DNA of 64,000 nucleotides from Blasia pusilla (lineage: Eukaryota). Within the stretch, counting starts at the first letter, position 1. Each line of letters opens with the position of its first letter. The translations under genes were made by a program, and so were the position numbers. Positions 53,354 to 64,000 of this stretch are shown piece after piece. The stretch is from contig CM114271.1 of assembly GCA_050084515.1 (NCBI GenBank), positions 22,692,001 to 22,756,000 of the forward strand. Direction: 5' to 3'. The notes under the pieces were generated by a model. That model ran no database searches and was not told where the DNA came from. It was given only the letters and a program-made list of their open reading frames with translations.

Positions 53354-55860
53354 TTATCTATGTCAGTCCACATTCTGCTCCAATTACTAAGGAGCGCTGA
53401 AATAATACCCGACTCGCGCGCAGACGCTTGGGTTTTAAGATAATCGATTCTGTTTAGCTTGCTTATCCAAAAATAAAACTTAGACGTCACTGACGAATAG
53501 TGTGAGCTTTCGCGAATAAACTCAGATGATCTGAGTCAATTTGGTTGAATACAATCCCTACTTCTCACTACACCGAGATTGTGGCTGTTCTCATTTCCGA
53601 TTCTCTACTCTGGAATTTTGCGTCGAATGTAACAGAGCCAATTCTCATCTCTCCCTCAGTTACACGTACATCGCGGACCCGGCAGTTGTTCGAATCACTT
53701 CGAAGTCATTCCATAGAACTATTCGACATGCGCATTGGACATTTTCACGGCGAACGTTCAAGTGTGTCCATATTCTTGAATAAGGATGACAAGGATTTCT
53801 ACGTTCTAATACAAATCTGCGAGTACCGAGCGCAAGTTAAAGCTTGGAATTATCAAGTCGTGGAATTCTAGTACGTAAGATATGTTTAGCAGTTTAGAAC
53901 GGATACCGGAAAGCCGATAGGAAGGTTGCAAGTACGCACGTACACTACATGAGCTCGATAATCGAAGGGTTCGGTCTTTTGGATTCATCTGATTTTTCAT
54001 CACTGGTGCAGCAAGCAGCAAGCCACTTCTAGCGACCTCCGACCTGGCCTCCAAATGCATGGCATCGGCTGATTCTCAGGGATATTCAGTTCAACTTCCT
54101 CTTATATACATGACATTGCCCTACTCTGGACTCTGGAGAAGTAGGTCGAATTGACTTGGGGAAGCTGGGACTTGTATAGCGTACACGGCGTACGGTAATC
54201 CAGTAGCTCTCCAAAAGCTTGTTTTTCAGGGCTCCTTTCCCATGCATGCACGTCTTACCGTTCATAAATCGCATAATCGCAGGCCAGAGCGTGAAGGATT
54301 CGAATGATCTGACGATGTTCCCCGATCTTGACCATCCCCCCCATCGCAATTACCTCGTGCTGAAGGCGAGGTTGCCTCACCCTCCGACCTTGAATTCAAA
54401 CGCCATGAAGAAGGCATGAATCTTCATAAATCGGGACCGTTCCTCAATATCCCGAGACTGCCGCGTTCGTTCGGCTAATTCCTGGGCAGGTTGATCCTCC
54501 AGTGAAAGATTGAAACCTTGTGCCCAATGCATACTGTGCACCTGACGCATTGCAAGGGCCTTCTCATATTACGCGTTGCCAAGCTCCAGGCGGGTCAACG
54601 TTGCACATGAGATACAACGTGCAGTTGCGTGCTCAATTGCCTCGAAGAGTTTACCTAGTCTAAATCAGGGAAACAGCCACCTGAATCATTCAAGTTCTGA
54701 ATGAGGACAGCGGACACGACTAACAGTGACCACCTCCTCATTGGCTCTTGTAGTTTACAGAGTTTCAACCATGGAGAAATCAACTCAACCACAGGCTCAG
54801 GCGCAACAAGACAAGAATTACTGCTACGTACACCCTTCCATTGATTCCCGGAGGTGCGCGATCGTGACAACATTGAGCCATGCGAAGATAAGTTGACTTT
54901 CGGCCCATCTTTAGATATCGTTTCATGAATTCAAACAATTTGGAATCCGATTGCATGGTTTAACACGAGGGAAACCGACACAGACCCGTCCGTAGACGCG
55001 ATACGATGGAACTGGATACCACTAGGATCGGTGTTGGTGATCTCCAATCGTTTGAATTTCGTGAAACAACATCTAAATCTTTTCGGGCAACGTTGAGTAG
55101 GGTCGAAGGTTGAGTCGATTCCAACCATGGCTCGTCATGATCGCGCACCTCCGGGAATCCGTGGATGGGCCTCATCTACGATCTGCAGTCCCGACATTTC
55201 ATGTCGTTTTAGATGGCAGGATTCGTGTACGAGCCCCGTGACTACTGGAAGTCTGGACACGGAGAGGACAAACAACACGAGAGTGGGAAAAGAACCAGAC
55301 GGGACCGAAGGCCCTAAACTGCCACGGGACTGCTCACTGGGGCAGCGGGATAAATGCCCCATATCTGCGCACGAAGCCCATACTTTGCCGCGGCTTCGCA
55401 ATAAAGCGAAGCCTAGGCTAGGCCCTATCGGCAGGCGCCTCGGTGAAGGCGCGCTTCGGAGCCCCGGATCGGGAAAACGGTGGGGGGCGGTGGCTGGCGG
55501 ATATCGGCTGGGCCGACGCCAGCGACCTAGGCGGACGGCTTCACCAACTCCGTGAAACATGGGACGGATTTAGGGACGGGTTTAGGCGGACGGATCTAGG
55601 GTAACGACGGACTACGACGGAATGTAGGGACGGATTTAGGCGGACGGAATTAGGGTGGGGACGGGTGTTTAGGGCGCTCTGTTGTGTTTCGCTGATGGTG
55701 GCAGTGTTTTGCGAAGGTTTTGCGTTTAGGGTGGTTTCCGAAGGTTTTGCGAAGGTTTTGCGTTTAGGGTGGCGCTCCGAAGTGTCGTTCGATGTGTGTT
55801 CGGTGTACTCGCACTTGGTTTACAGCGTTGGGCTTTTGCCTGATCGGGTTTAGGGTGTTC

Positions 55861-57130
55861 AGCGATTCGGGGTTGGGCTCTTGTGTTCGTGTGTAGAGAT
55901 TTACAGTGTTGAGCGATTCGGGGTTGGGCTCTTGCAGGATCTTGCCCTCGTGAAAGGTGTTTCGGGTGTTGAAGGCGCTCAGAGTGTTTCGCTGATGGTG
56001 GCGGTGTTTTGCGGCTCTAGGTGTTTCGCCGTGTTAGGTGTGTAGAGGTTTCTGATGTTCAGCGATTCGGGGTTGGGCTCTTGCAGGATCTTGCTCGTGA
56101 AAGGTGTTTCCGGGTGTTGAGGGGCGCTCGGAGTGTTTCACGATTGTGATGGCGGAGCTCGGTGGTTTGCCCTCGCGAAGTTCCATTCTTCCGAGGCCTT
56201 GAGTGGTTTCTTGTTTTGCATTGTCTACTGCGATTGCACGCACGAGTATGTACCGTGAAATTTGTGTCGCCATGTGTGTACTTGAAGTATTCGTGTGTTT
56301 TGTTTTCGATTCCTCATTGTTGCCGCCCTCCCCTTCGCATTCTCACGCCGTTCAACTTGATCTGCGATTGCAATGGCGAGCTCGGTGGTTTTGCGCCTCG
56401 CGAGGTTCCATTCTTCTAAGGCCTTGAGTGGTTATTTTTTTCATTGTCTACGCAAAGTGCACGATGAGTATGTACCGTATTATTTGTGTCGCCATGTGTG
56501 TACTTGAAGTATTCGAGTGTTTTGTTTCTTGATTCCTCATTGTTGCCGCCCTCCCTTCGCATTCTCACGCCAGTTCAACTTGATATGATGGATTGTGCTC
56601 TCGTGAAAGGTGTTTCGTTTACAGTGGCAGTGTTCCGCAATTCGGGAAAACGGTGCTTCCGGGTGTTTAGCGATGTGTTGTGGGTGTGGGCTTGATGGTT
56701 GCGGTGTTTAGCGATTCGGTGTTTAGGTATTGGTCTTCATTCGATTCTTGTAGGGCTTTTGGTGGATCGTGCTCTCGTGCGAACAAACAAACAGTTCGCT
56801 AGTGGGTTTAGGGTTTAGAATTGGAAACTAGCTCAAATTTTCTGGTGATCGGTTTGGTTTGGTTTAGTTAGGCCCAGTGGCAGTGCGGTCGTAGCCTGAG
56901 AGAGGAAGAAGGTAAGTTTGGGCTCCGAAGTGTCTCGCTTCGTGTTTGAAGGTGGCAGTGTTGTGGGTGTGGACTTGACGGTGGTGGCGGTGTTTAGGTG
57001 TTGGGTTTGATTGTCGTAGGGCTTTTGTTGGATCGCTTTGCGGTGTTATCGTGCACTCTTGGGAAAAGGGGTCAATTCGCTAGTGGGTTTAGGGTTAGAA
57101 TTGAAACTAGCTCGAATTGTCTCAGATCGG
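55861..57130 (+). repeat. Subterminal tandem duplications inside the MULE left arm
   Basis: AGCGATTCGGGGTTGGGCTCTTG at 55861, 55912 and 56061. A ~225-bp duplication spans ~56155-56375 and ~56378-56585. The blocks at ~56680-56860 and ~56960-57130 are also related. Confidence 0.85.
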
Positions 57131-57847
57131 TTTGGCGCCGCAACAAAGGCGGGTGAAACATGAAGTCACTTAACGGTGAGAACTGAGTTGTGTGGACGCG
57201 AGAGTAACAAGGTAAGTTTGATTCATTGTGTATCGTGACCGAGCTGGGTTTCTGTTTAAAATTTTCCGGGTTGGGTTATGGCATTTGTGTCTGCATTTGT
57301 TTATTGTTGACAGTCAGGATTTGAAGGTGGCAGCGCACTTTTTGGCAAAGTCGTGAACTAAAATTGGAACACCCATACTTTGCGGTGCCGACTGTGCGTG
57401 AGTTGATCCGACTTGATGGGGCAGGGAGGAGAGCGGAGTCAATGTGGGATCGGAGTAAATGGGATATCGTGACTTATAGTAATTTCATTCGGGGTCCTTG
57501 ATGTCTAGTTCCATCTAGTGACGCTCCATTCCTGCGTGACGATTCTCCTCGTGATCAGGTACATTAGTTGTATGTTTGGATTCCTTTCTATTGGTTATTG
57601 CTTCATTGCAAAGAATTACAAAGTAAACAAGGTTACTGACATGCTTTTTATGACCACATCACGCAGGTTCGGGCTAGCGTACGAATTGTGTAACTCCTAC
57701 CGAATTTCCATCCTCGGAGCTCTTAGGTTCTGAAAGCGAAGGAGCTCTTAGGTTCTGAATGCGAACTTGACCTTTCGGTCGGTAGTAGAGTAGGTTGGAT
57801 ATAGGGGTTTACATACATTACGGGTACTACTGTCGCCTGTTGTTATC

Positions 57848-58600
57848 ATGCCCGACATCCCCATTGCAAAGTTCTTAGATGCCTGTAGGCTACGTGAGCT
57901 TATAATCACTGTGAAAGAGCCCGAAAATGTTACACGTTTCCTTTCTGGAAATCAGGGGTCGAGTGAAACATGGGTGAGCCCCATGATTCATAGTAGCTTC
58001 ACTAGTGACTTTTTCCTCTCAAACATTGTCTGCAAGCGTTCACATCCGCTATCCAAAAATTACTTGGATGATTGGATCATCCTGGGATTTCCCCTAGAAA
58101 CGTACGAGTGTTTAGAGCAAGCTGCTAGGCATGCGGGCTACAAGGTAGCTTTGTCTCCGAAAGCACGCTTGGCGGGTGGGCACGTATGGTTTGACTCCTA
58201 CTTCCAGAAAAATGGCTTGACCAATTTTAAAGTAGTGGGACATGAGGGAGGTAAGATGAAGGTGCATACCATTCCATACATCAAAAGTATGATGGAGGCA
58301 TCAAATCAGAATTTGATAACAAAGATTGTATGCACCATCCGATTAAAAAGGAGATTATCCACCATAGAGGATATAGAAAAGAATGACCTTATCCCTTGGG
58401 TAATCGGTGTTACCCCTAAAAGCATATACCTTATTGACCAAACTGACGTGGATGACAATCTATCTGTTGAGAAGGACCAAATTCCAGATCTGTTTGTGCA
58501 AAGTATGAGCTCCTTTGCCATTCTAAGCTTAGCTCGGGGTAAGTGCTCTGCACTGATTAAGATTTATCCTATCTTGAGAAGCAAAGATTTGTGGGAGTAG
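57848..58600 (+). CDS. Intact 250-aa accessory ORF inside the MULE, function unknown
   Basis: Uninterrupted 753-nt ATG-TAG frame with globular-protein composition. Upstream are candidate 5'-UTR splice sites (AAG/GTAAGT at ~56911 and ~57211, CAG/GTAC at ~57558, acceptors at ~57313 and ~57667). It converges on the transposase. Confidence 0.7.
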   Translation: MPDIPIAKFLDACRLRELIITVKEPENVTRFLSGNQGSSETWVSPMIHSSFTSDFFLSNIVCKRSHPLSKNYLDDWIILGFPLETYECLEQAARHAGYKVALSPKARLAGGHVWFDSYFQKNGLTNFKVVGHEGGKMKVHTIPYIKSMMEASNQNLITKIVCTIRLKRRLSTIEDIEKNDLIPWVIGVTPKSIYLIDQTDVDDNLSVEKDQIPDLFVQSMSSFAILSLARGKCSALIKIYPILRSKDLWE

Positions 58601-58824
58601 TTTGGAGGAACCGATATCCCTGCCCTTCTTTTCTTTTGTGCGGTAGTGGCCAATCTTCTAGATCATAGGCACCATAGCTTATCACTTCATAGTGATAAAC
58701 ACAATCTTTGTTGCTATTGTGAAATTTTGTACGGGTGGTTTTTAATGTTTACGATATCCCTTTTTTGTCCTTCATCGGACTATGGTCCGGATGTAGTATC
58801 GGGTGTAGCTAGTTTATATACACG

Positions 58825-58825
<1 letters not shown>

Positions 58826-58872
<47 letters not shown>
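58826..58872. repeat. (TA)n microsatellite between the 3' ends of the two MULE genes
   Basis: About 23 TA units. Confidence 0.95.
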
Positions 58873-58875
<3 letters not shown>

Positions 58876-59099
58876 TTTCTATATGTATAGTTATAGTAGA
58901 GCCCGCTAAGAGAGGGTTTAGGTTTCTTAGGCAGCAAATTTGTATGGGTGTGTAGGCGGATGCCTGCATTTACTAGAATCGGGCTTATTTGGTAGGTGGG
59001 CAAAATCACATCGAAGGTGGATAGCATTTTAGTATCAATCTTCAGAGGAATATAGTTGCCCACTAGGAGAAGTGCTATGGGTTTGAAGTTAAATCCCAA

Positions 59100-61618
59100 C
59101 AGAGCAACTTGTTAGGTCCTGGGGGATGCTCTAGAATGCCATGTGAACTCTGCAGCTTATATTTGAATGCAGCTCATGTGCGACTTTTCTTGAATGCCAA
59201 CGTAACAATTCATTGCTTACATTGTTGGTTATGTTCATACATAGGCAAAATTCTACAAGGGAGAGGTGGAGAAAGAGCAGGTTGCTCTTGAGTTTAGGAA
59301 GATGTTTGCTGCATTCATGGGCAAGAGCCCACCCTTTCCTGAGAAGCAAGCCTACCAAACCTCGCTATGGCGGGCAAGTACTGTCCACCTCTAGTAAATT
59401 TAGAAACAAACATCCTCCATATCACAATTCCTGACATCCTATGCAAGAGTCCCTAGATGCGGTGTGGAATTCAGCGATCCATTTACCTATTCACGTGCAT
59501 GCTGCATCTTTTGAATCATAGTCCACCACATCATGCCATACATATGGCTTTGAGATGCTCTTCACCTGAGCACATTTCCTTGCGTTCATGGACTCGAATG
59601 TGACATAGTTGTCAGGAATATCATTTGCTCGCCTAATAGCCATTAGCATGACTTTTTGAATAGCTTGATTCCTCACCATGCCTTCCCTCTTCAAAAAGGA
59701 CAAGTACCAGAAGAAATCTTCAATTTCTCCAGTGAGTATTTGCACAAGCCATATAAGCTTCTGGTTGGCTTAGTGGGCATCTTTGGATGTGAGGTGCATC
59801 TTTAGAGTGTGATGCCACCTTTCTATGGCAGCGTTAGTATCTTGGTTGGATCGTGCATGCTTGCGATATCCTTTAGCCCAAGTAACGATCTTTGGATGCC
59901 AATAGTTGGCGTAGTATTTTAGAAAGTGACGTTCCGTTCCTATCCACTTGCGCATAAATCTATAAGAGGCATCAACCGGATCTGCGACACCAATAGCTAA
60001 TTGTTACGCATCTGGACCATAACAACATACAAGATACAAAAATTTGAAGGTTACAGATTGGAAGTACCTTCATCACTTGAATACATAACTCCGCCCAGGT
60101 CTCTATTCATGTTTGCCTTTGTGATTGGACATCGCAAACGCTGATGCAAATTCTTTAGCCAATTCTTTCAAACATACCATAGACACAGGTCTATAGGAAC
60201 ACCAGGAAATACTTCCTTTATAGCAGATTGTTCCTCTTTTGAGTCATCAACTATGAAGCATGAAGGTTTCCACTCTGTCGTGCATATGTTTTGGTCCTTT
60301 TTCAACATGTTCCTATTTGCCCAATCCTTAACATGCGATAAGGTAGCAACCAAGTCCTTGTGTTGATGTCGTTGTAGGATAGCCTTGACCAATGGCAACC
60401 CATTAAGAAACTTATCGAACCCCAACAAAGTGAATAATTGGTACTGTGAACACAAGAATTGCATGATTCAGAACTGTGAATATAAAGATTTTGACGCATG
60501 AATGGGAAGAAATATATCATTATTGTAGAGGGAAACAAAGCATAAGCACTTGCTAAGTGAAGGTCTACATCTGAAAGATTGGGCAACAAGCTAAAACAAA
60601 TTATTATTCGAAACAATATCTGATCTAAAAAAAGCAAGTGAAGAAGCAATGTCAACTAACCTCATAAGTGTTTGTGCCATGGGTGGCATCCATTGAGATA
60701 GCTCCGCCATTTCCAAGTTCCAAGAGATTTTGAAGCATCCAAGGTGTCGAAAATACTAGGGTAAAGGGTTGGCCCAACTTGGAAATAGCCTCATTGTAGT
60801 AGATGATATTTTCGGGGTGTGATTGTACCCAATGTTGGATTGCAAAGTGGCGTCGTCCGTTCCATCATAGCCCCCTTTCGCCTTCGCATGCAAAGTGCTT
60901 GATATTGAGAATATCTTGAGGCTTTAGCATTGCATCTCTAGCCCAAGCATGTTGGTGGTTGGGGTTATCACGAATATGTTCACGAACCCACCTCCTATGC
61001 TCTTTCATGATATTCAAAGGGCTCACGTTCACTGCAATAAGCGCTCAACAAAGTCCCTACAACAAGGACTTAATTTTGGGGCTACAATTGCATTTGCAAT
61101 ATTTCTTTGTCTTGTCTAGGTCACCATGGCATATTTGACCCGCCTTGTCCACATGTTTAGAGTGCAAGTGCCTCAACATGCAAAAACCAGGGACGGTCTA
61201 TCGACTTTTTATGACAAAGTGGAATTGGCATCCACGGCCTTGAGAAAGCCCAAGATTTTTACTTTGGCTTTCTGGTCTACTACCCTTACCCCACATTAGC
61301 CCGACGGTTGGGGTGAAAGACCTCTTCGGCAAAGAGGTCTAGACATCTTTCCTGAAATCTTGGGCCCCCATCGCACACCAATACCGAATGGTGATATTTG
61401 TGTGTGCAGATTTATCATTTTGCTTTTTGAAAAGTAAATGCCTGGAAATGCGGTCTATGTTCTTCACCTTGTATGAAATCCTCTAGCCTATCAGCTGGAA
61501 TCCATGCTTCTTTTCTTTGACCATACCAATTCAGGTGTTCACTTATAAAAGGGCCAGGTAGGGGATTTTGAATGGAGTCACATTCAAATGCACCATAGGA
61601 CTTGGAGTATTTGGTCAT
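59100..61618 (-). pseudogene. MULE DDE transposase (plant SWIM-zinc-finger/MULE type), intron-containing, inactivated
   Basis: IQNPLPG...AWIPADRLEDFIQGE, RGCQFHFVIK, KHVDKAGQICHG, ISMDATHGTNTYE, then a GT-AG intron at 60660-60444, then YQLFTLLGFD...GLPLV, CFIVDD, LCLWYV*, QDTNAAIERWHHTLK. D-D-E are present, but there are stops, frameshifts and CxxH changed to CxxY. The 3' end is approximate. Confidence 0.88.
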
Positions 61619-62063
61619 TCCTGCTGGGAAGTTTCTTGGGAAGCTTCAATGAATAACTACCCTAAACCTTCGATCACCTTCCCACATCCAAATTATATTC
61701 CTGTGTTCAGACGATGCACATGTACAGAGAAATTCTTCGAAATATAAGTGCTATTACCGGAGACAATCAATACAAGTTTCCTCCAACAGAGGTCATACTA
61801 TCCTTTGTACATGTCAAAGTTTTGCTTCAAAATTATGCAATACATGACATTCAGACAACGGAAACGATAGTGGGAATGATGAAGATCCCTAAACGCCCGT
61901 TGCCTCGGGTTCACGAGGGTTCAATTCGTATTACGTTTATGCAAGCCGCCAAGGGAACGAAGGGAAGGAGGAGCAAAGGAGTTATCTATGTAGTCCACAC
62001 CTACTACTATGAATCATTGGAGCCGAACTGAACCGAAATAATCAAATACAAACTTCTGCACGA

Positions 62064-62325
62064 ATCCGAACCCCCGAACACTTAATCCACGTACCACACC
62101 TCTCGTTCGGGTTAATCCTCTATCGTGAAGCGATCATAATCCTCCATTAGCAACCAAATCCTCCAATCCGAACCCCGAACACTTAATCCCTCCACACCTC
62201 TCGTTCGGGTTAATCCTCTATCGTGAAGCGATCATAATCCTCCATTAGCAACAAATCCTCCAATCGAACCCGAACACTTAATCCACGTACCACACCTCTC
62301 GTTCGGGTTAATCCTCCATTAGCGA
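62064..62325. repeat. ~100-bp tandem repeat (about 2.6 copies) in the MULE right arm, upstream of the transposase
   Basis: AATCCGAACCCCGAACACTTAATCC...CACACCTCTCGTTCGGGTTAATCCTC at ~62064, ~62165 and ~62262. Confidence 0.9.
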
Positions 62326-63227
62326 TTGTAATTCTCCATTAGCGATGATAATGAAGCAAATGTCGGGTTTCTCTGTTGCTCCACGACGTTCATTACGGCT
62401 AATCGACTGACGTTTAGGGCTAATCCACTTTTGCCGGATGGAATCCATTTTAACTCCGTCCGATGGCAGGGAACGGACGTTTTGAAGTCCGTTCCCTAAA
62501 GTCCGTCCCATGTTTCACGGAGTTGGTGAAGCCGTCCGCCTAGGTCGCTGGCGTCGGCCCAGCCGATATCCGCCAGCCAGCCACCGTTTTCCCGATCAAC
62601 AGCGCGCCTTCACCGAGGCGCCTGCAGATAGGGCCTAGCCTAGGCTTCGCTTTATTGCGAAGCCGCGGCAAAGCATGGGCTTCGGGGAGAGGGACCCCGG
62701 GCGGCGGGCCCCGGCACTCTAGGAACACCCAGAGTCTGGATCGAGATTGGTCCATGTACAGGGGTCTCTGTTTGTACATAAAGAGTTGAACTTTGCGTGT
62801 GTCCGAAACGAAAAGCTATAATCCAAATAGTCCCATGCCCCGTTGCCTCGTTCTTGTGCTGATCAGCACGTTCTTCTTACAGCCAAAAAGTAAGGAGTAG
62901 TACAGGAGTACTAGGGCGGTATCGAATCGGATCACAACGTGAATTGCGGATACCTTTGGTGACCATCTCCACAAAGTCCTCCGGACTTCCGAAAAAGGAG
63001 GCCAGGTTAATCGTACGGTGAGGAGATAGTAAAGACAGTAACCACCTCACTTGTCTAGGGACGCTACGCCCGTCGAACTTGCGAACACCCTCGACAGAAA
63101 TTCCGAATCGATCCAACATTTCAATCGACCCCGGAGTTTTATGCCCTGATTAAATTTCAGCATGCGATTCTACACACAAACTTACTTCTGAATTCCACAT
63201 GAGGAAGGCATTTGTTTGCCAAGCAGA

Positions 63228-63809
63228 TTACGGTATCCTGAAGCTGAATACGGTATCCTTCACTCCGAAGTAGGATCCATCGGTAGGGAAGAATGGAATG
63301 AAGAAGTACAAGCTCTTGCCACCGGCTTGGTTGAAAATGTCGTTCCAGGCCTCAAGTGAGCTTCTGTAATTGTAGAACTGCCAGTAGCCATCATCATTGC
63401 CGAGCCACGAGGTGAAGAATGACTTGCCTCGGTACGTGAGCTGATTCGGATGTGTTCTATACCTGGTCAGCATCGTTACGATCTCTGAAGGCGATAGTCG
63501 AAGACCCGTGCCATCCTCGACATGAATGTCGGCCGAGAAGAAAAGTTTGAAACCGGTGCCCAGCTCGCTCGCAGCCTGATAAATTTTATCTGCCAGCGTC
63601 TGTCTCCACACATTCGTGTTCAGTGCGAATGCGTCGATACCCTTGCTTTGGGCGAGCTGAATTTCCTGCTTGTAAGTATCGATTGAATCCTGCGCATAGA
63701 TGAGGTAGTGAGCGAACACCAACTTCGGGGTCTGAGCAGCTGCGAATGGCGCTACTGAGCTGAGAATTGCGGCACAAAGCCAAATGGATGAGGCGACGAA
63801 ACTCTCCAT
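63228..63809 (-). pseudogene. 3'-truncated GH71 paralog (193 aa), inverted relative to the intact copy
   Basis: Colinear with 51896.. for ~185 aa, with 16 substitutions in the mature part by my count. It then stops before the WNDxxE block, and no 3' half is visible downstream. Confidence 0.9.
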
Positions 63810-64000
63810 GACTGCTTCTCTTACTCTGCTTCTTCAGTTTCGCACAATGAGAGTTCCCAGGCTCCGTGCGCTATAAGCGTTCCTTAACCGGGTCCCACAC
63901 GCACGACAGAAGTTTCATAGGATACAGAAAGCCAACTTTATGCTTATACAGCAGACGCTTGTTGGAAGTAAACTTCGACTTCAACCGTAGTTAGTTCCGG

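Larger units (their letters stand above)
55372..62684. mobile_element. Mutator-like element (MULE), ~7.3 kb, with ~200-bp GC-rich TIRs (55372-55576 and 62493-62684)
   Basis: CGAAGCCCATACTTTGCCGCGGCTTCGCAATAAAGCG...CCGTGAAACATGGGACGGA is present in inverted form at the right end. The repeats enclose a MULE transposase. No TSD detected. Confidence 0.88.

Noticed and set aside
55127-55560. 142-aa and 141-aa ORFs, and the similar 79-aa ORF at 62540-62779
   Set aside because: They read through the GC-rich TIRs; their mutual similarity simply reflects the inverted repeat.

Overview
Transposon-rich land-plant nuclear DNA. A bryophyte or other non-seed plant is my inference from the TE families, not something the sequence proves. 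Host-type genes: a 4-exon VTT/DedA (SNARE-associated Golgi, TMEM41/TVP38-like) membrane protein gene at 18.6-22.9 kb, an intact, intronless, secreted GH71 alpha-1,3-glucanase gene at 51.9-53.4 kb, and a truncated inverted GH71 paralog at 63.2-63.8 kb. Most of the remainder is mobile DNA or AT-rich intergenic sequence. There are two copies of one Ty1/Copia family with TA...CA LTRs; one has a (GT)115 expansion in its 3' LTR, and the other sits inside a decayed MULE and is itself interrupted by a CACTA fragment. There is also a second Copia family on the minus strand, a Helitron Rep relic, a possible P-element-like transposase relic and hAT-like MITEs. A 7.3-kb MULE with ~200-bp TIRs carries a dead transposase plus an intact convergent 250-aa accessory ORF of non-transposase, possibly fungal/mycoviral, type. 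The two best leads are the fungal-type GH71 locus (candidate horizontally acquired antifungal enzyme) and the MULE accessory ORF. All family assignments come from motif recognition by eye; no database searches were run.
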